Origin: Patescibacteria group bacterium
GTDB lineage: Bacteria > Patescibacteriota > Patescibacteriia > Buchananbacterales > UBA6539
Assembly: GCA_041662625.1 (NCBI GenBank)
Contig: JBAZSB010000001.1
Coordinates: forward strand, 535,189-599,188
Reading direction: 5' to 3'
DNA: 64,000 bases
The notes under the pieces are model-generated. The model made no database searches, was not told where the DNA came from, and worked only from the letters and a program-made list of their open reading frames with translations. Positions within the stretch are counted from its first letter, which is position 1. Every line of letters starts with the position of its first letter. The translations under genes and the position numbers were made by a program. Positions 26,287-36,920 of this stretch are shown here, in pieces.

Positions 26287-26668
26287 TATGCGTAGCTTGA
26301 CGCTGTTGATCCGAAATGCAGCCCAAGCGGCAGAGATGCAAACACCTTTGAATATCGAAGGTGCCAGAAAAGAATTTGGGGTTCCGGAAGGCCAAGAGGT
26401 ACCGGAGCCTCTGCTTCTCTTGCATTATGCCCAAGGCTGTCATCGCGCCGTCGAAATGAGCGAAGTTCACAGTGAACTGAATCTGTATGGTACCGGCCAA
26501 GAAATTGGCTGCGACCCGACAGGTTTGTCACCAATTGAAATGGAGGAGGCCCTCTGGCGACATTATCAAGAGTACCATCCTGAGGTACCATTTGATCGTT
26601 CGCTGCTGCCAAGGATGGCAGCAATTGTGGAGGAAGCCTTACAGGTCAAGTCCGAGGACTCGCTGTGA
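26287..26668 (+). CDS. Hypothetical protein (126 aa) in a small GC-rich island, opposite orientation to neighbours
   Basis: SD AAAGGAG 8 nt before ATG 26287. GC-rich (~50%+ by eye) versus the AT-rich flanks. A terminator hairpin follows. Competing minus-strand ORFs exist, so the strand is uncertain. Confidence 0.4.
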
Positions 26669-26696
26669 TACGAGCCCTCGTTTTCTTCAAACAAAA

Positions 26697-26725
26697 AAGC
26701 GCCGTTTAGGGCGCTATTTGATTTC
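26697..26725. terminator. Bidirectional intrinsic terminator (AGCGCC-GTTTAG-GGCGCT)
   Basis: T-runs on both sides. Serves ahcY on the minus strand and the GC-rich ORF on the plus strand. Confidence 0.5.
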
Positions 26726-26745
26726 TCTTTATATTATCTTGCTAG

Positions 26746-28014
<1,269 letters not shown>

Positions 28015-28019
28015 TTATA

Positions 28020-29120
28020 CTACTGATTTATTTTTTTGACAACCCCTGCGGTGGCATTAACCTCAACTAAATCAGCATCTTTTAAAATCTGAGTTGCATT
28101 CTTGGTGTCGACAATGCAAGGAATACTTAATTCCCTAGCCATGATAGCGGCATGAGTTAAAATTCCGCCCCGATTCGTGACTATCGCTGCTGCTTGACGC
28201 ATAAAAGGCAAGTAACGCACATCCGTGTTGTCGCAAACTAAAATTGAGCCTTGAGGGAAATCAACCACGTTAAGATTATCAGAATTGACTATCACTACTT
28301 TACCCTTGGCAGTACCTGATCTGGCACCAATGCCCTGAATGATTCCCTTTTTCTGGCCAACAGCTAAGGGCGGCGGGGTAGAAATGTGCAGCGCTAAAAT
28401 CCGATTATAATCAACAAACCGAACCTTGCTATCCGGCCAAACCGTAGTTTCAAAATAGCCAGCTAAATAGTCATGGGAAAATTCGGCTTTAAGTATTTCT
28501 TTTAATCTTTTTTGTTTACTTAAATCAGATACTTTAATCATCGCTAGCATTTTTTGGACCTGCTCTTTAGCCTGCACATCATCAGCTGACCACTGCCAAT
28601 TTTTAAAATCATAACGAAACTGGTAAAGCTGGCTTTCTGTCTCCCCATGAGTCAGCTGAGAATGCAGCCCCCGGATAATCTCGCCAAAGATTGCCTGATC
28701 ATTAACCACGAAAGTTGCTGACCAAAGCAGGGTTTCGGAATGCGGGCAAAGATAAGCAATATAATCATCTGGATCAATTTCTTGTTTTAAAAACCAGGTT
28801 TGGTAACATTCCTTGATTGATAATCCCCGATTGCGCAGTTTTGGCAAGTCTTCACGTTTTGGCACCAAACGAATGGCACAAAGTTCATCACCGCGCTCGG
28901 CTAATATTTTGGCAAATTCTGGCGTTTTATCAATAAGGTCGCGGGCAGAAAATTTCTCCGGCCGCTCATAAGCTAAACTAATTTCTTGAAAAAGTATTTC
29001 CAGCCGGTCGGCCTTTTGATTATCTTCGATCCGAAAAGCATTTGATTGCCCAACCTCACCAATGGCGGCAAACCATTCAGTAATAGAAATTTGGTCTTTG
29101 GTAATTACGGCTTTACTCAT
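28020..29120 (-). CDS. PEP-utilizing enzyme mobile-domain protein (pyruvate-phosphate-dikinase / PEP-synthase-like)
   Basis: C-terminal TNRGGILTHAAIMARELSIPCIV is the phosphohistidine-domain motif. Confidence 0.6.
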   Translation of the reverse strand: MSKAVITKDQISITEWFAAIGEVGQSNAFRIEDNQKADRLEILFQEISLAYERPEKFSARDLIDKTPEFAKILAERGDELCAIRLVPKREDLPKLRNRGLSIKECYQTWFLKQEIDPDDYIAYLCPHSETLLWSATFVVNDQAIFGEIIRGLHSQLTHGETESQLYQFRYDFKNWQWSADDVQAKEQVQKMLAMIKVSDLSKQKRLKEILKAEFSHDYLAGYFETTVWPDSKVRFVDYNRILALHISTPPPLAVGQKKGIIQGIGARSGTAKGKVVIVNSDNLNVVDFPQGSILVCDNTDVRYLPFMRQAAAIVTNRGGILTHAAIMARELSIPCIVDTKNATQILKDADLVEVNATAGVVKKINQ

Positions 29121-30043
29121 AACTTTCGTATTATTCCTTTGTTAGCATCAACTTCCACCAAATCGCCGTCCTTAAAAACTTGGGTGGCAATTTGCGTGCC
29201 GGTAACGCAGGGAATCTTAAATTCTCGGCAGATAATCGCCGCATGTGATAATTTACCGCCCTCATCAGTCACTACCGCCTTGGAATTTTTTATCTGCATT
29301 ATTAATTTTGGGCTGGTTAATTTCGCCACCAAGATAAAATTCTTTCTTATCTTCTTTAGGACTTTATCAGGATTTTTGATTAAAAAAACTCTACCACGTG
29401 TTTTACCGCCGTAGCCTATCTCCCCCTTAAGCGAATGGCTAACTTTATAAAATTTAAAATTATTATTTTTGATTTTGGAAGACTTTTTGTCTTTAGGCCG
29501 ATATTTTTTAATCAATTCTCCGGCTAATCTTACAACCGCTTTATCACCTCTATCCTTTGCCTTTTGATAAATACCTTCAACCCAAATAAATCGCCGGGCC
29601 AAAATCTGCTCACTAAATATCTTTTGCCATTTTGGCATTTCAGATTTATTGAAAACCAAATTACCTAACGGAGTCAACATCCGAATTTTCTGATTATCAA
29701 TCGCGTAAAGAATGCTATAATTTGTGATTAATTTTTTGAAAAACTTTGGTTTTTTAATAATCAGATGAAAATCCCAACCAGTCTTTTTAATAAAACTATT
29801 AAAATCTTTGCCATATTGCGTTTGAGGCGGCACTGGTGTTTCATTATGAAAGCTCTTTCCTTCAAGTGACCAGGGAATCTTCCCGGCATTAATTATAATG
29901 TGAAGATGCTCCTGACGATTATATTTTATCTCATAGCCCTGTAAAATATCAGCATAATGCAAAATTAAAGACCAATCATCAATGGATAGGCCCCACTTAA
30001 TCATTAGTTTTTTCAGTTCTAATAAAGTCTTTTTGAGGGTCAT
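29117..30043 (-). CDS. PEP-utilizing enzyme mobile-domain protein (paralog)
   Basis: C-terminal TDEGGKLSHAAIICREFKIPCV. Overlaps the preceding gene by 4 nt. Confidence 0.6.
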   Translation of the reverse strand: MTLKKTLLELKKLMIKWGLSIDDWSLILHYADILQGYEIKYNRQEHLHIIINAGKIPWSLEGKSFHNETPVPPQTQYGKDFNSFIKKTGWDFHLIIKKPKFFKKLITNYSILYAIDNQKIRMLTPLGNLVFNKSEMPKWQKIFSEQILARRFIWVEGIYQKAKDRGDKAVVRLAGELIKKYRPKDKKSSKIKNNNFKFYKVSHSLKGEIGYGGKTRGRVFLIKNPDKVLKKIRKNFILVAKLTSPKLIMQIKNSKAVVTDEGGKLSHAAIICREFKIPCVTGTQIATQVFKDGDLVEVDANKGIIRKL

Positions 30044-30085
30044 AATGACTATTCGAAGTTTTGTCGGTAGCTTTTTTCTAACTAA

Positions 30086-30607
30086 TTAATTTTCTGGTAA
30101 TAATCCTTTTTGCTTCGCCAGATTAAGCACTTTTCTAACCGCCGATGATTGAAAGTCTGGTAAGTTTTTTAGATCAGCCCAATTAGCTTCACGAATTTCA
30201 CTTGAATCAATCTTAAATTCAAAACTATTTATTCGAGCGAAAAAACAATGAACTGTATCTTGTTTGTATTCTTTAATATTAAAATATTGTCCAATATCAA
30301 CAACATCATGCAAATTTATCCCCACTTCTTCGTTAATTTCCCTTTTAACGGCCAATTTAGGCAATTCTTTCCTCTTGATCTTCCCACCCGGTAAAGTCCA
30401 ATGACCTATTCCATAGCTGTTTCTAATCATTAAAACTTTCTCCTGATGCAGTATCAAACATTTAACTCCTGTGGTCTTGGGGCGAAAAATAAACCAATAT
30501 AATCTTCTTATTGGCGAAACAAGTTGATAAAAATATTTTTTTACTTTCATAATTCTTACAACTTTTCTCGAAAATTCTGCCAATACCTTTTTTCCAATTT
30601 TTTCCAA
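30086..30607 (-). CDS. NUDIX hydrolase
   Basis: Nudix box GGKIKRKELPKLAVKREINEEVGI. Confidence 0.7.
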   Translation of the reverse strand: MEKIGKKVLAEFSRKVVRIMKVKKYFYQLVSPIRRLYWFIFRPKTTGVKCLILHQEKVLMIRNSYGIGHWTLPGGKIKRKELPKLAVKREINEEVGINLHDVVDIGQYFNIKEYKQDTVHCFFARINSFEFKIDSSEIREANWADLKNLPDFQSSAVRKVLNLAKQKGLLPEN

Positions 30608-31542
30608 GTAAACTTATGCGTCTGGGTACCATACTTTTCCACCGTATAAACCGAAACTAACCCAGCCAGTCGGCCGATTTTGGGCAAAGGCCAGTTTTGC
30701 AGCAAGCCATAAATTAAGCCCGCCCGATAAGCATCGCCAGCGCCAGTTGGGTCTAAAGTGTTCCGTGGTTTAGCTGGCGGTATTTTGTAAGTCTTATCCC
30801 CTTGCCTAATAATTGAACCTTTAGCACCCAGAGTAGTAACTAAGATTTCAGTCTTGCCAAGTATTTGCTTGGTTGACCAACCAGTTTTTTTTGAAATTAA
30901 ACTAATTTCGTAGTCATTGCCAATTAAAACCCGGCTGCCAGAAATAGCCGCTTTAAGCTTTGACCCGGTCAAAGACGTGACCTGTTGGCTTGGATCGAAA
31001 ATATAAGAAATTTCTTTCCGTTTAAAAATTTCAGGCAGTTTAACCATATCAACTAAATTCTGGGCACAAATAATTGCCATCTTTACCCCTTTTGTACTAA
31101 AAGACTTTTTAGTAATCGGAGCGCTTAAGGCACCCGGGTAAAAACCGGTAATCTGGTTATCCGCCTGATCAGTAATAATATAAGCGGAAGAAGTATGTTG
31201 ATTGGGCAAAATCTTAATTTGATGTAGATCAATTCTATTTTTTTTAAACCAGTTTTGGTAAAGGAGAAAGTCTTTAGCACCGACATTACCCACGATCGAA
31301 GGCTGAACTCCAAGCAAGTTTAAGTTATAAGCAACATTACCGGCCGTACCGCCAAAACTTTCTTTCAGTTCTTTGACCAGGAAAGACACGTTCAAAATAT
31401 GAATTTTTTCCGGCAAAATTTGGTCTTTAAAGTAACCGGGGAAATCCATAATCCGGTCATAAGCAACCGTACCGGTAACTAAAATCTTCTGTTTTCCGCC
31501 AGAGGCGGACCCGCCTTTGGCGGGCATAATGTTTTTGGTCAT
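30556..31542 (-). CDS. PfkB-family carbohydrate/nucleoside kinase
   Basis: DPTGAGDAYRAGLIYGL is PfkB signature 2. Confidence 0.75.
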   Translation of the reverse strand: MTKNIMPAKGGSASGGKQKILVTGTVAYDRIMDFPGYFKDQILPEKIHILNVSFLVKELKESFGGTAGNVAYNLNLLGVQPSIVGNVGAKDFLLYQNWFKKNRIDLHQIKILPNQHTSSAYIITDQADNQITGFYPGALSAPITKKSFSTKGVKMAIICAQNLVDMVKLPEIFKRKEISYIFDPSQQVTSLTGSKLKAAISGSRVLIGNDYEISLISKKTGWSTKQILGKTEILVTTLGAKGSIIRQGDKTYKIPPAKPRNTLDPTGAGDAYRAGLIYGLLQNWPLPKIGRLAGLVSVYTVEKYGTQTHKFTWKKLEKRYWQNFREKL

Positions 31543-33227
31543 AAGCTAAATTTATAAACTTTATACATTGGAATATTTAATTTACTATAAATTATCTCCG
31601 GCTCGATACCTTGTTTTACCAGCTTTTCTTCAAAATCGGAGGCTTCGGTTTTAATTTTATAAGTCCGGCGCCACAAGGCATTCTCTGTACCAGTAACATA
31701 ATAGATATTATAATTTTTAAAAACATCAGTACCTTTCTCGTCTAGCAACTTTACAAAATTGTCAACATAAGCAGTTGGGATTGAGTCATAAATGAATCTT
31801 CGGTCAAAAAGCCAAAGCGTAGAGACTTCATAAAGCAACGGATTATAGACTAAGAGTACATAAGCCGAAGATTTTTTTGCCGACACGGCTTTAGCACGAT
31901 TTTTGATAAACTCATCCAAATTACTATTACCACTTTGCGGGATGACAGCTGACCTAATATCTTTCAATTCCTTATTAAAATAATTATCTAACCGATTAAC
32001 ACCAAAGTCTGCTGAGTAAGGTCGAAGCAAGGAAAAAGTCAAATTAGGCCAGCCAAAAGAAAGAACGGTTAGATTCGTATTAATCGAAAAAAATCCTTCA
32101 TATACAAAAAATATAATTATGGCCGAAGTCAAAATAATTTTTTTATTTTTTGAAGCCGCCTGATAACCTACCATCACCAATTGGGCAATCAAGATAACAA
32201 CAAAGGGATAAATAATTGTAACAAACCGAGACAAAGGGTTAATTAATATAAAAAGTAACAAATAAAAAAATAAAAACAAAATTAACAAAAAACTTGCCCT
32301 CTCTTTTTTCTTCAGCCAGGAAAAAACCGAAAAGATTACCGCCAAAATTAATAAGGTAATCGTTACTGGCGAGAAATCATCGAGTAAAGCCGGACCAATG
32401 GCTAAGAATTTATCAAAAAAGCTGCCCGAAACTTTAGCGGCCATCGTCTGCCAAGCTTCAACATTTTGGCCGAACAAAGCCGCAAACTGCAAATCGAAAT
32501 GCCCAGTATTTTTAAACATCAACAAATTATAAACAATTACCGGACTAAAAATCACAAAAACCAAAAGCAAGCCAAGATAAAACCGGTAATTTTTGAAAAC
32601 TTCCCTTTTATAAATCAACAAATAAATCAAAAATACCATCAGAATCGGAAAGGCAGTATATTTTGCCAAAAAGCTTAAGCCGACTGCCGCTCCCCACCAA
32701 TACCAATATTTTTCCTCCTCTAGCGCCTTTAGAAATAAATACCAAGCTAAAAGAATTAAAGTAATAACAATTGATTCCATTAAGGCAACTCGGGAAATAT
32801 AAACTGAAACAGCCATAATGGCCGATAACGCTGAAGCCACTAGAGCAGTTTTTTCGTCAAAAATCTTTTTAGTAATTAAATAAATCAGATAGACGGAAAT
32901 TACACCGGCTAAAGCCGAGGGTAAACGAGAAATAAAAATTGATATACCAAATAAAAGAAAAAATAGATGCTGAATAATAAAAACTAACGGCGGATGATCA
33001 TGAAAGGAAAGATGAGTCCAGCCGGGCAAAGGCACAAACCAGTCAAGCGGCGTTGATTGCTTATCCATACCAGCATAATCCAAAAATCCAATTGAGCGGA
33101 GGCTATAATAGACTTCATCCGTAAGCATATCATCATTGCTTAAGGCCCAAAGCCGTAAAATCACTGCCACTAAAATAATTGCAATAACAATTGTCCGCGT
33201 TTTTATTTTCATGGCCTTATTATTCAA
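31539..33227 (-). CDS. GT-C (PMT/ArnT-like, GT39/83) membrane glycosyltransferase
   Basis: Polytopic membrane protein with an N-terminal DE..YY loop motif (LTDEVYYSL). Confidence 0.65.
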   Translation of the reverse strand: MNNKAMKIKTRTIVIAIILVAVILRLWALSNDDMLTDEVYYSLRSIGFLDYAGMDKQSTPLDWFVPLPGWTHLSFHDHPPLVFIIQHLFFLLFGISIFISRLPSALAGVISVYLIYLITKKIFDEKTALVASALSAIMAVSVYISRVALMESIVITLILLAWYLFLKALEEEKYWYWWGAAVGLSFLAKYTAFPILMVFLIYLLIYKREVFKNYRFYLGLLLVFVIFSPVIVYNLLMFKNTGHFDLQFAALFGQNVEAWQTMAAKVSGSFFDKFLAIGPALLDDFSPVTITLLILAVIFSVFSWLKKKERASFLLILFLFFYLLLFILINPLSRFVTIIYPFVVILIAQLVMVGYQAASKNKKIILTSAIIIFFVYEGFFSINTNLTVLSFGWPNLTFSLLRPYSADFGVNRLDNYFNKELKDIRSAVIPQSGNSNLDEFIKNRAKAVSAKKSSAYVLLVYNPLLYEVSTLWLFDRRFIYDSIPTAYVDNFVKLLDEKGTDVFKNYNIYYVTGTENALWRRTYKIKTEASDFEEKLVKQGIEPEIIYSKLNIPMYKVYKFSL

Positions 33228-33230
33228 AGA

Positions 33231-34022
33231 TTAAATTTTAACTTCCGTCGTTACTCCCCGACATTCACAATCCAAAAAATCAATTTTAGGAATAACTGAC
33301 ATTAATAATTTTTTCACATTATCTGCATTCTGTTTCATCCGTTCGACAATCATTTCCCAAGTCACATCCGCCTCCCCTTGTTTCCAACAATCATAATCAG
33401 TTGACATGGCAATCGCTTGATAGCAAATCCCGACTTCGCGGGCCAAAATCACTTCCGGCACAGTCGACATATTGACCGCATCGGCACCCCAAGCCCGAAA
33501 CATGTGCGATTCTGCCCGGGTGGAAAACCGCGGGCCTTCAATCGTCACGATTGTTCCGTGGTTATGAAAAGGAATCTTTAGTTCTTTAGCTGACTGGCTA
33601 AGAATTTCTCGCAGTTTTTCACAAAACGGATCAGCCATCGGCGTGTGAATCACTTTATCTTCAAAAAAAGTCAGGTTCCGATGCTTGGTGTTGTCAATAA
33701 ACTGGTCTAAAAAAACTAAATCACCCGGTTTTATTTCTTCACGTAGTGAGCCGCAGGCAGTTGTCGCCAAAATATGAGTACAGCCGGCTTGTTTAAGTGC
33801 CCAAATATTAGCGCGATATGGCACTTTAGTCGGCATAATTGAATGATCCTTACCGTGGCGAGCAATAATCACGACCTGCTGACCAGCCAGTTCACCACTA
33901 GTTAATTTAGATGATGGTCCACCAAAGGGCGTCTCGACCTCCGATTCCTGAAAATTTTTTAATAGCTTTGGATCATCAAGGCCAGTGCCACCGATGATAC
34001 CTATTTTTGCTTGGTGTGACAT
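33231..34022 (-). CDS. mtnP: 5'-methylthioadenosine / purine nucleoside phosphorylase (PNP family 2)
   Basis: KIGIIGGTGLDD...HGKDH...YRANIWALKQAGCTHILATTACGSL. Confidence 0.85.
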   Translation of the reverse strand: MSHQAKIGIIGGTGLDDPKLLKNFQESEVETPFGGPSSKLTSGELAGQQVVIIARHGKDHSIMPTKVPYRANIWALKQAGCTHILATTACGSLREEIKPGDLVFLDQFIDNTKHRNLTFFEDKVIHTPMADPFCEKLREILSQSAKELKIPFHNHGTIVTIEGPRFSTRAESHMFRAWGADAVNMSTVPEVILAREVGICYQAIAMSTDYDCWKQGEADVTWEMIVERMKQNADNVKKLLMSVIPKIDFLDCECRGVTTEVKI

Positions 34023-34029
34023 AAGTGAA

Positions 34030-34100
34030 GTAAATAAAAGTGAGTAAGAGTGAGTAAAAGTAAATCAAGCTAGCTTTTTCTTGCTTCTTATTTACTTTTA
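34030..34100. repeat. Intergenic hairpin repeat (GAGTAAAAGTAAAT ... ATTTACTTTTACTC) of the ACTCGCT-containing family
   Basis: 14-bp inverted repeat. Related words occur at 38850-38935 and 37830-37910. Confidence 0.45.
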
Positions 34101-34110
34101 CTCGCTTTTA

Positions 34111-34656
34111 TCAGCTTATCTTTTCACTATCATACTCAATCAAATAACTCACTGGGTAGCCCTGCTCTTGCAACTTTTTCAACCCCGGCAGAAACGACAG
34201 ATAAATCACAAAATCAATACCCATAATTTCTCCGCCCATTTGTTTAACCAAATCAATCGTCGCTAACATTGTTCCGCCCGTGGCCAGCAAATCATCGGCA
34301 ATCAATACTTTTTCCCCCGGCTTAATCGTATCCTCATGCATTTCAATCGTATCCGGCCCGTATTCTTTTTCGTAACTGGCTTGCTTGCATTTATACGGTA
34401 ATTTTCCTTTTTTCCGAACAATGGAAACGCCGGCACCAAGTTTATAAGCCATAGTTGAAGCCAGCAAAAATCCGCGAGCATCAATACCGACCACCTTATC
34501 AATTTTTTGGCCAACATATTTTTGACTAATTTCATCAATCATTTTTTTAAAACAGTCGGCGTCCTCAAAAAGTGTAGTCACATCATAAAATAAAATCCCC
34601 TCTTTGGGAAAATTGGGAATTTTGCGGATTTTGGCGTCTAAGTAATTTTTATCCAT
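34111..34656 (-). CDS. apt: Adenine phosphoribosyltransferase
   Basis: PRPP-binding VLIADDLLATGGTM with an APRT-like N-terminus. Confidence 0.9.
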   Translation of the reverse strand: MDKNYLDAKIRKIPNFPKEGILFYDVTTLFEDADCFKKMIDEISQKYVGQKIDKVVGIDARGFLLASTMAYKLGAGVSIVRKKGKLPYKCKQASYEKEYGPDTIEMHEDTIKPGEKVLIADDLLATGGTMLATIDLVKQMGGEIMGIDFVIYLSFLPGLKKLQEQGYPVSYLIEYDSEKIS

Positions 34657-34752
34657 AGCTTAAACTCGGCTTAAATAACACCATTATTATATGCTTAAAA
34701 ATTAAAAAAAACAAGACGGAGCATTCCTGCCCCGCCTTTATTTCATCCTTTC

Positions 34753-36078
34753 CTATAGGTCCAAATATCTTTTCAATTCTTTCGGCGTTACTTCGGTTTT
34801 CTGCTCATCTATTTCTATGTGCTTGGCATCAATGAATCTATCCAAAGTATGCTGCGTGATAGCACTCTTAATCACTTCATCTTGATTCAATTCATCAATC
34901 GCTTCTGGGAGTGAACCCGGCAGACTGGATATTTTTAACTCTTGTTTTCTGTTGCTATCTAAATGATAAATATCTTCTTCAACTGCCTTAGACAATGGCA
35001 TGTCTTTTTCAATTCCATCTAAACCGGCTGCTAATATTGCCGCAAAGGCTAAATAAGGATTGCATGACGGATCAGGTGATCGAAGTTCAACCCTGGTTGA
35101 TTGCTCACGGCCGGGTGTATACCGTGGAATTCGGATAAGCGCCGAACGGTTCATCTGGGCCCAGCAGATATTGACTGGCGCTTCATAACCCGGAATCAAT
35201 CTTTTAAAAGAGTTGGTAGTTGGATTGGTTAAGGCCGTAAAACTTCGACTGTGTTTTAGCAATCCGGCAATAAACTGGTAAGCGATTTTTGACAGCTTAT
35301 AACCATTATTATCTTCGTAAAATAAATTATTACCTTTCAAATCAAACAAACTCAAGTGAACATGCATGCCCGACCCATTGATACCAGCAAACGGCTTTGG
35401 CATAAATGTCGCGTTGACGCCATAACTTTGGGCAATGGCTTTGATGGTAGTTTTTAAGGTAATAATGTTATCGGCTGTATTTAAGGCATCGGCATAACGA
35501 AAATCTATTTCATGCTGGCCAACGGCAACTTCGTGATGTCCGGCTTCAATTTTTATGTTTAGTTCAGATGAAGCTTTGATAACGTCTTCCCTGATTTTTG
35601 AGGCAATATCAAAAGGAGAAAAATCAAAATAACCGCCATAATCGTGAGGCACGGGAGCTAAATTACTGTCTTTTTGCAAAAGAAAAAATTCCAGTTCAGC
35701 ACCGACATTCAAAACATATCCCTTTTCTTCTGCCCTTTTCATTGCTTGCCGCAAAATGTAGCGAGGATCACCGCTAAATGGTTTTAAATCAGGCCCGTAG
35801 ACATCACAGATTATCCTGGCCGCTTTATTATCTTTTGTGCTCCAAGGTAAAGTACAGTAAGTTTTTGCGTCAGGCATTAAAAGCTGATCACTTTCGGCAA
35901 TTCTGGCAAACCCTTCAATTGATGAGCCGTCAAACCAAACGCCTTTTTCTAAGGCACCGGGCAATTGTTCAGTCGGAATAACTACGTCTTTAGGCACGCC
36001 CAATATATCCGTAAACTGCAAATGAATGTATTTAACGTTGTCTTTATTGACTTTTTCTAAAAGTGTTTCCTTATCCAT
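34753..36078 (-). CDS. glnA: Glutamine synthetase type I
   Basis: 441 aa with KPFAGINGSGMHVHLSLF and the ATP-binding region. Confidence 0.95.
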   Translation of the reverse strand: MDKETLLEKVNKDNVKYIHLQFTDILGVPKDVVIPTEQLPGALEKGVWFDGSSIEGFARIAESDQLLMPDAKTYCTLPWSTKDNKAARIICDVYGPDLKPFSGDPRYILRQAMKRAEEKGYVLNVGAELEFFLLQKDSNLAPVPHDYGGYFDFSPFDIASKIREDVIKASSELNIKIEAGHHEVAVGQHEIDFRYADALNTADNIITLKTTIKAIAQSYGVNATFMPKPFAGINGSGMHVHLSLFDLKGNNLFYEDNNGYKLSKIAYQFIAGLLKHSRSFTALTNPTTNSFKRLIPGYEAPVNICWAQMNRSALIRIPRYTPGREQSTRVELRSPDPSCNPYLAFAAILAAGLDGIEKDMPLSKAVEEDIYHLDSNRKQELKISSLPGSLPEAIDELNQDEVIKSAITQHTLDRFIDAKHIEIDEQKTEVTPKELKRYLDL

Positions 36079-36142
36079 AGTTAATTGTTAATTGTTAAAC
36101 TAAAAAAGCGCCTAAATCATTAGACGTCTTTGTCGGAATTGT

Positions 36143-36158
36143 GACACGCCTTTGTGTC
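36143..36158 (-). promoter_or_regulatory. Candidate ANTAR-target hairpin in the glnA leader (GACAC-AAAGGC-GUGUC)
   Basis: 5-bp stem with a hexaloop that has A1 and G4. A weaker second hexaloop hairpin (GAC-AAAGAC-GUC) follows. The regulator is encoded immediately upstream. Confidence 0.3.
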
Positions 36159-36210
36159 ATTAATATCTTAGCACAAATAAAAAATTTGGCAAGTGCTGTT
36201 TTGTGGATAA

Positions 36211-36912
36211 CTAATTTATAACGTCTTGAGCTAAAATAATGGCTTCCGCCACTTCCTTCAGTGACCGGCGTTTATCCATGCTTTTTTTAACCAAAAGTCG
36301 ATGAGCCTCTTCTTCAGTTAAACCGCCAGTTTTCATTAAAATCGCTTTGGCTTTATTAATTACCTTTTGGGTTTCTAAAGCTTCCTTTAGAACATTGGTT
36401 TCAGAAATTAATCGCGATACTTCTAAAATTCCGCCGATTTGTTTGGCAATGGTTTCCAAAAAATTAATTTCTTTTTTTGGATATTTTTTGGATTTTTTAT
36501 GCTGAACATTAATTACGCCAATCACGCTGTTTTTAAAAATTATCGGCACGGATAAAAATCCTTCAAACTTATCTTCCGGCAAAGTGGAGAACAATTTAAA
36601 ACGCTTATCATCATAAGCCTTGCTGGCAATGGCTACCGTCTTTTTGGTTTCCGCCACCCAGCCAGTAATACCTTCGCCGACTTTCATTTTAATTTTGGCT
36701 AGGTTAGAATGGTGCGGATTCTGCGACGCTTTTAAAATCACTTCGTCGCCGGAAATTAGATAAATAAAACAAGAATCAGCCTTAGTCACTTTGCCAATAA
36801 TTTTAGCGATGTTATTCAAAATTTCCTTAAGATCAAAACCATTGCCAATGGTATCAATGATTTCCTGCAAAATCGCTAAATTGTTTTTGACGTCAGAACT
36901 TTGATTAGGCAT
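36211..36912 (-). CDS. GAF-ANTAR RNA-binding antitermination regulator
   Basis: N-terminal GAF domain. C-terminal ANTAR LKEALETQKVINKAKAILMKTGGLTEEEAHRLLVKKSMDKRRSLKEVAEAII. Confidence 0.8.
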   Translation of the reverse strand: MPNQSSDVKNNLAILQEIIDTIGNGFDLKEILNNIAKIIGKVTKADSCFIYLISGDEVILKASQNPHHSNLAKIKMKVGEGITGWVAETKKTVAIASKAYDDKRFKLFSTLPEDKFEGFLSVPIIFKNSVIGVINVQHKKSKKYPKKEINFLETIAKQIGGILEVSRLISETNVLKEALETQKVINKAKAILMKTGGLTEEEAHRLLVKKSMDKRRSLKEVAEAIILAQDVIN

Positions 36913-36920
36913 AAATTTAT

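Noticed and set aside
26223-26624. Minus-strand 133-aa ORF in the small GC-rich island
   Set aside because: It competes with the plus-strand ORF. The plus-strand ORF has a properly spaced AAGGAG SD and a following terminator, so I preferred it, though with low confidence.
36079-36210. Definite dual-hairpin ANTAR target plus terminator call in the glnA leader
   Set aside because: Only the first hexaloop hairpin is clean. The second stem is 3 bp, and a canonical GC-stem terminator before the U-run is not evident. It is kept only as a low-confidence candidate.
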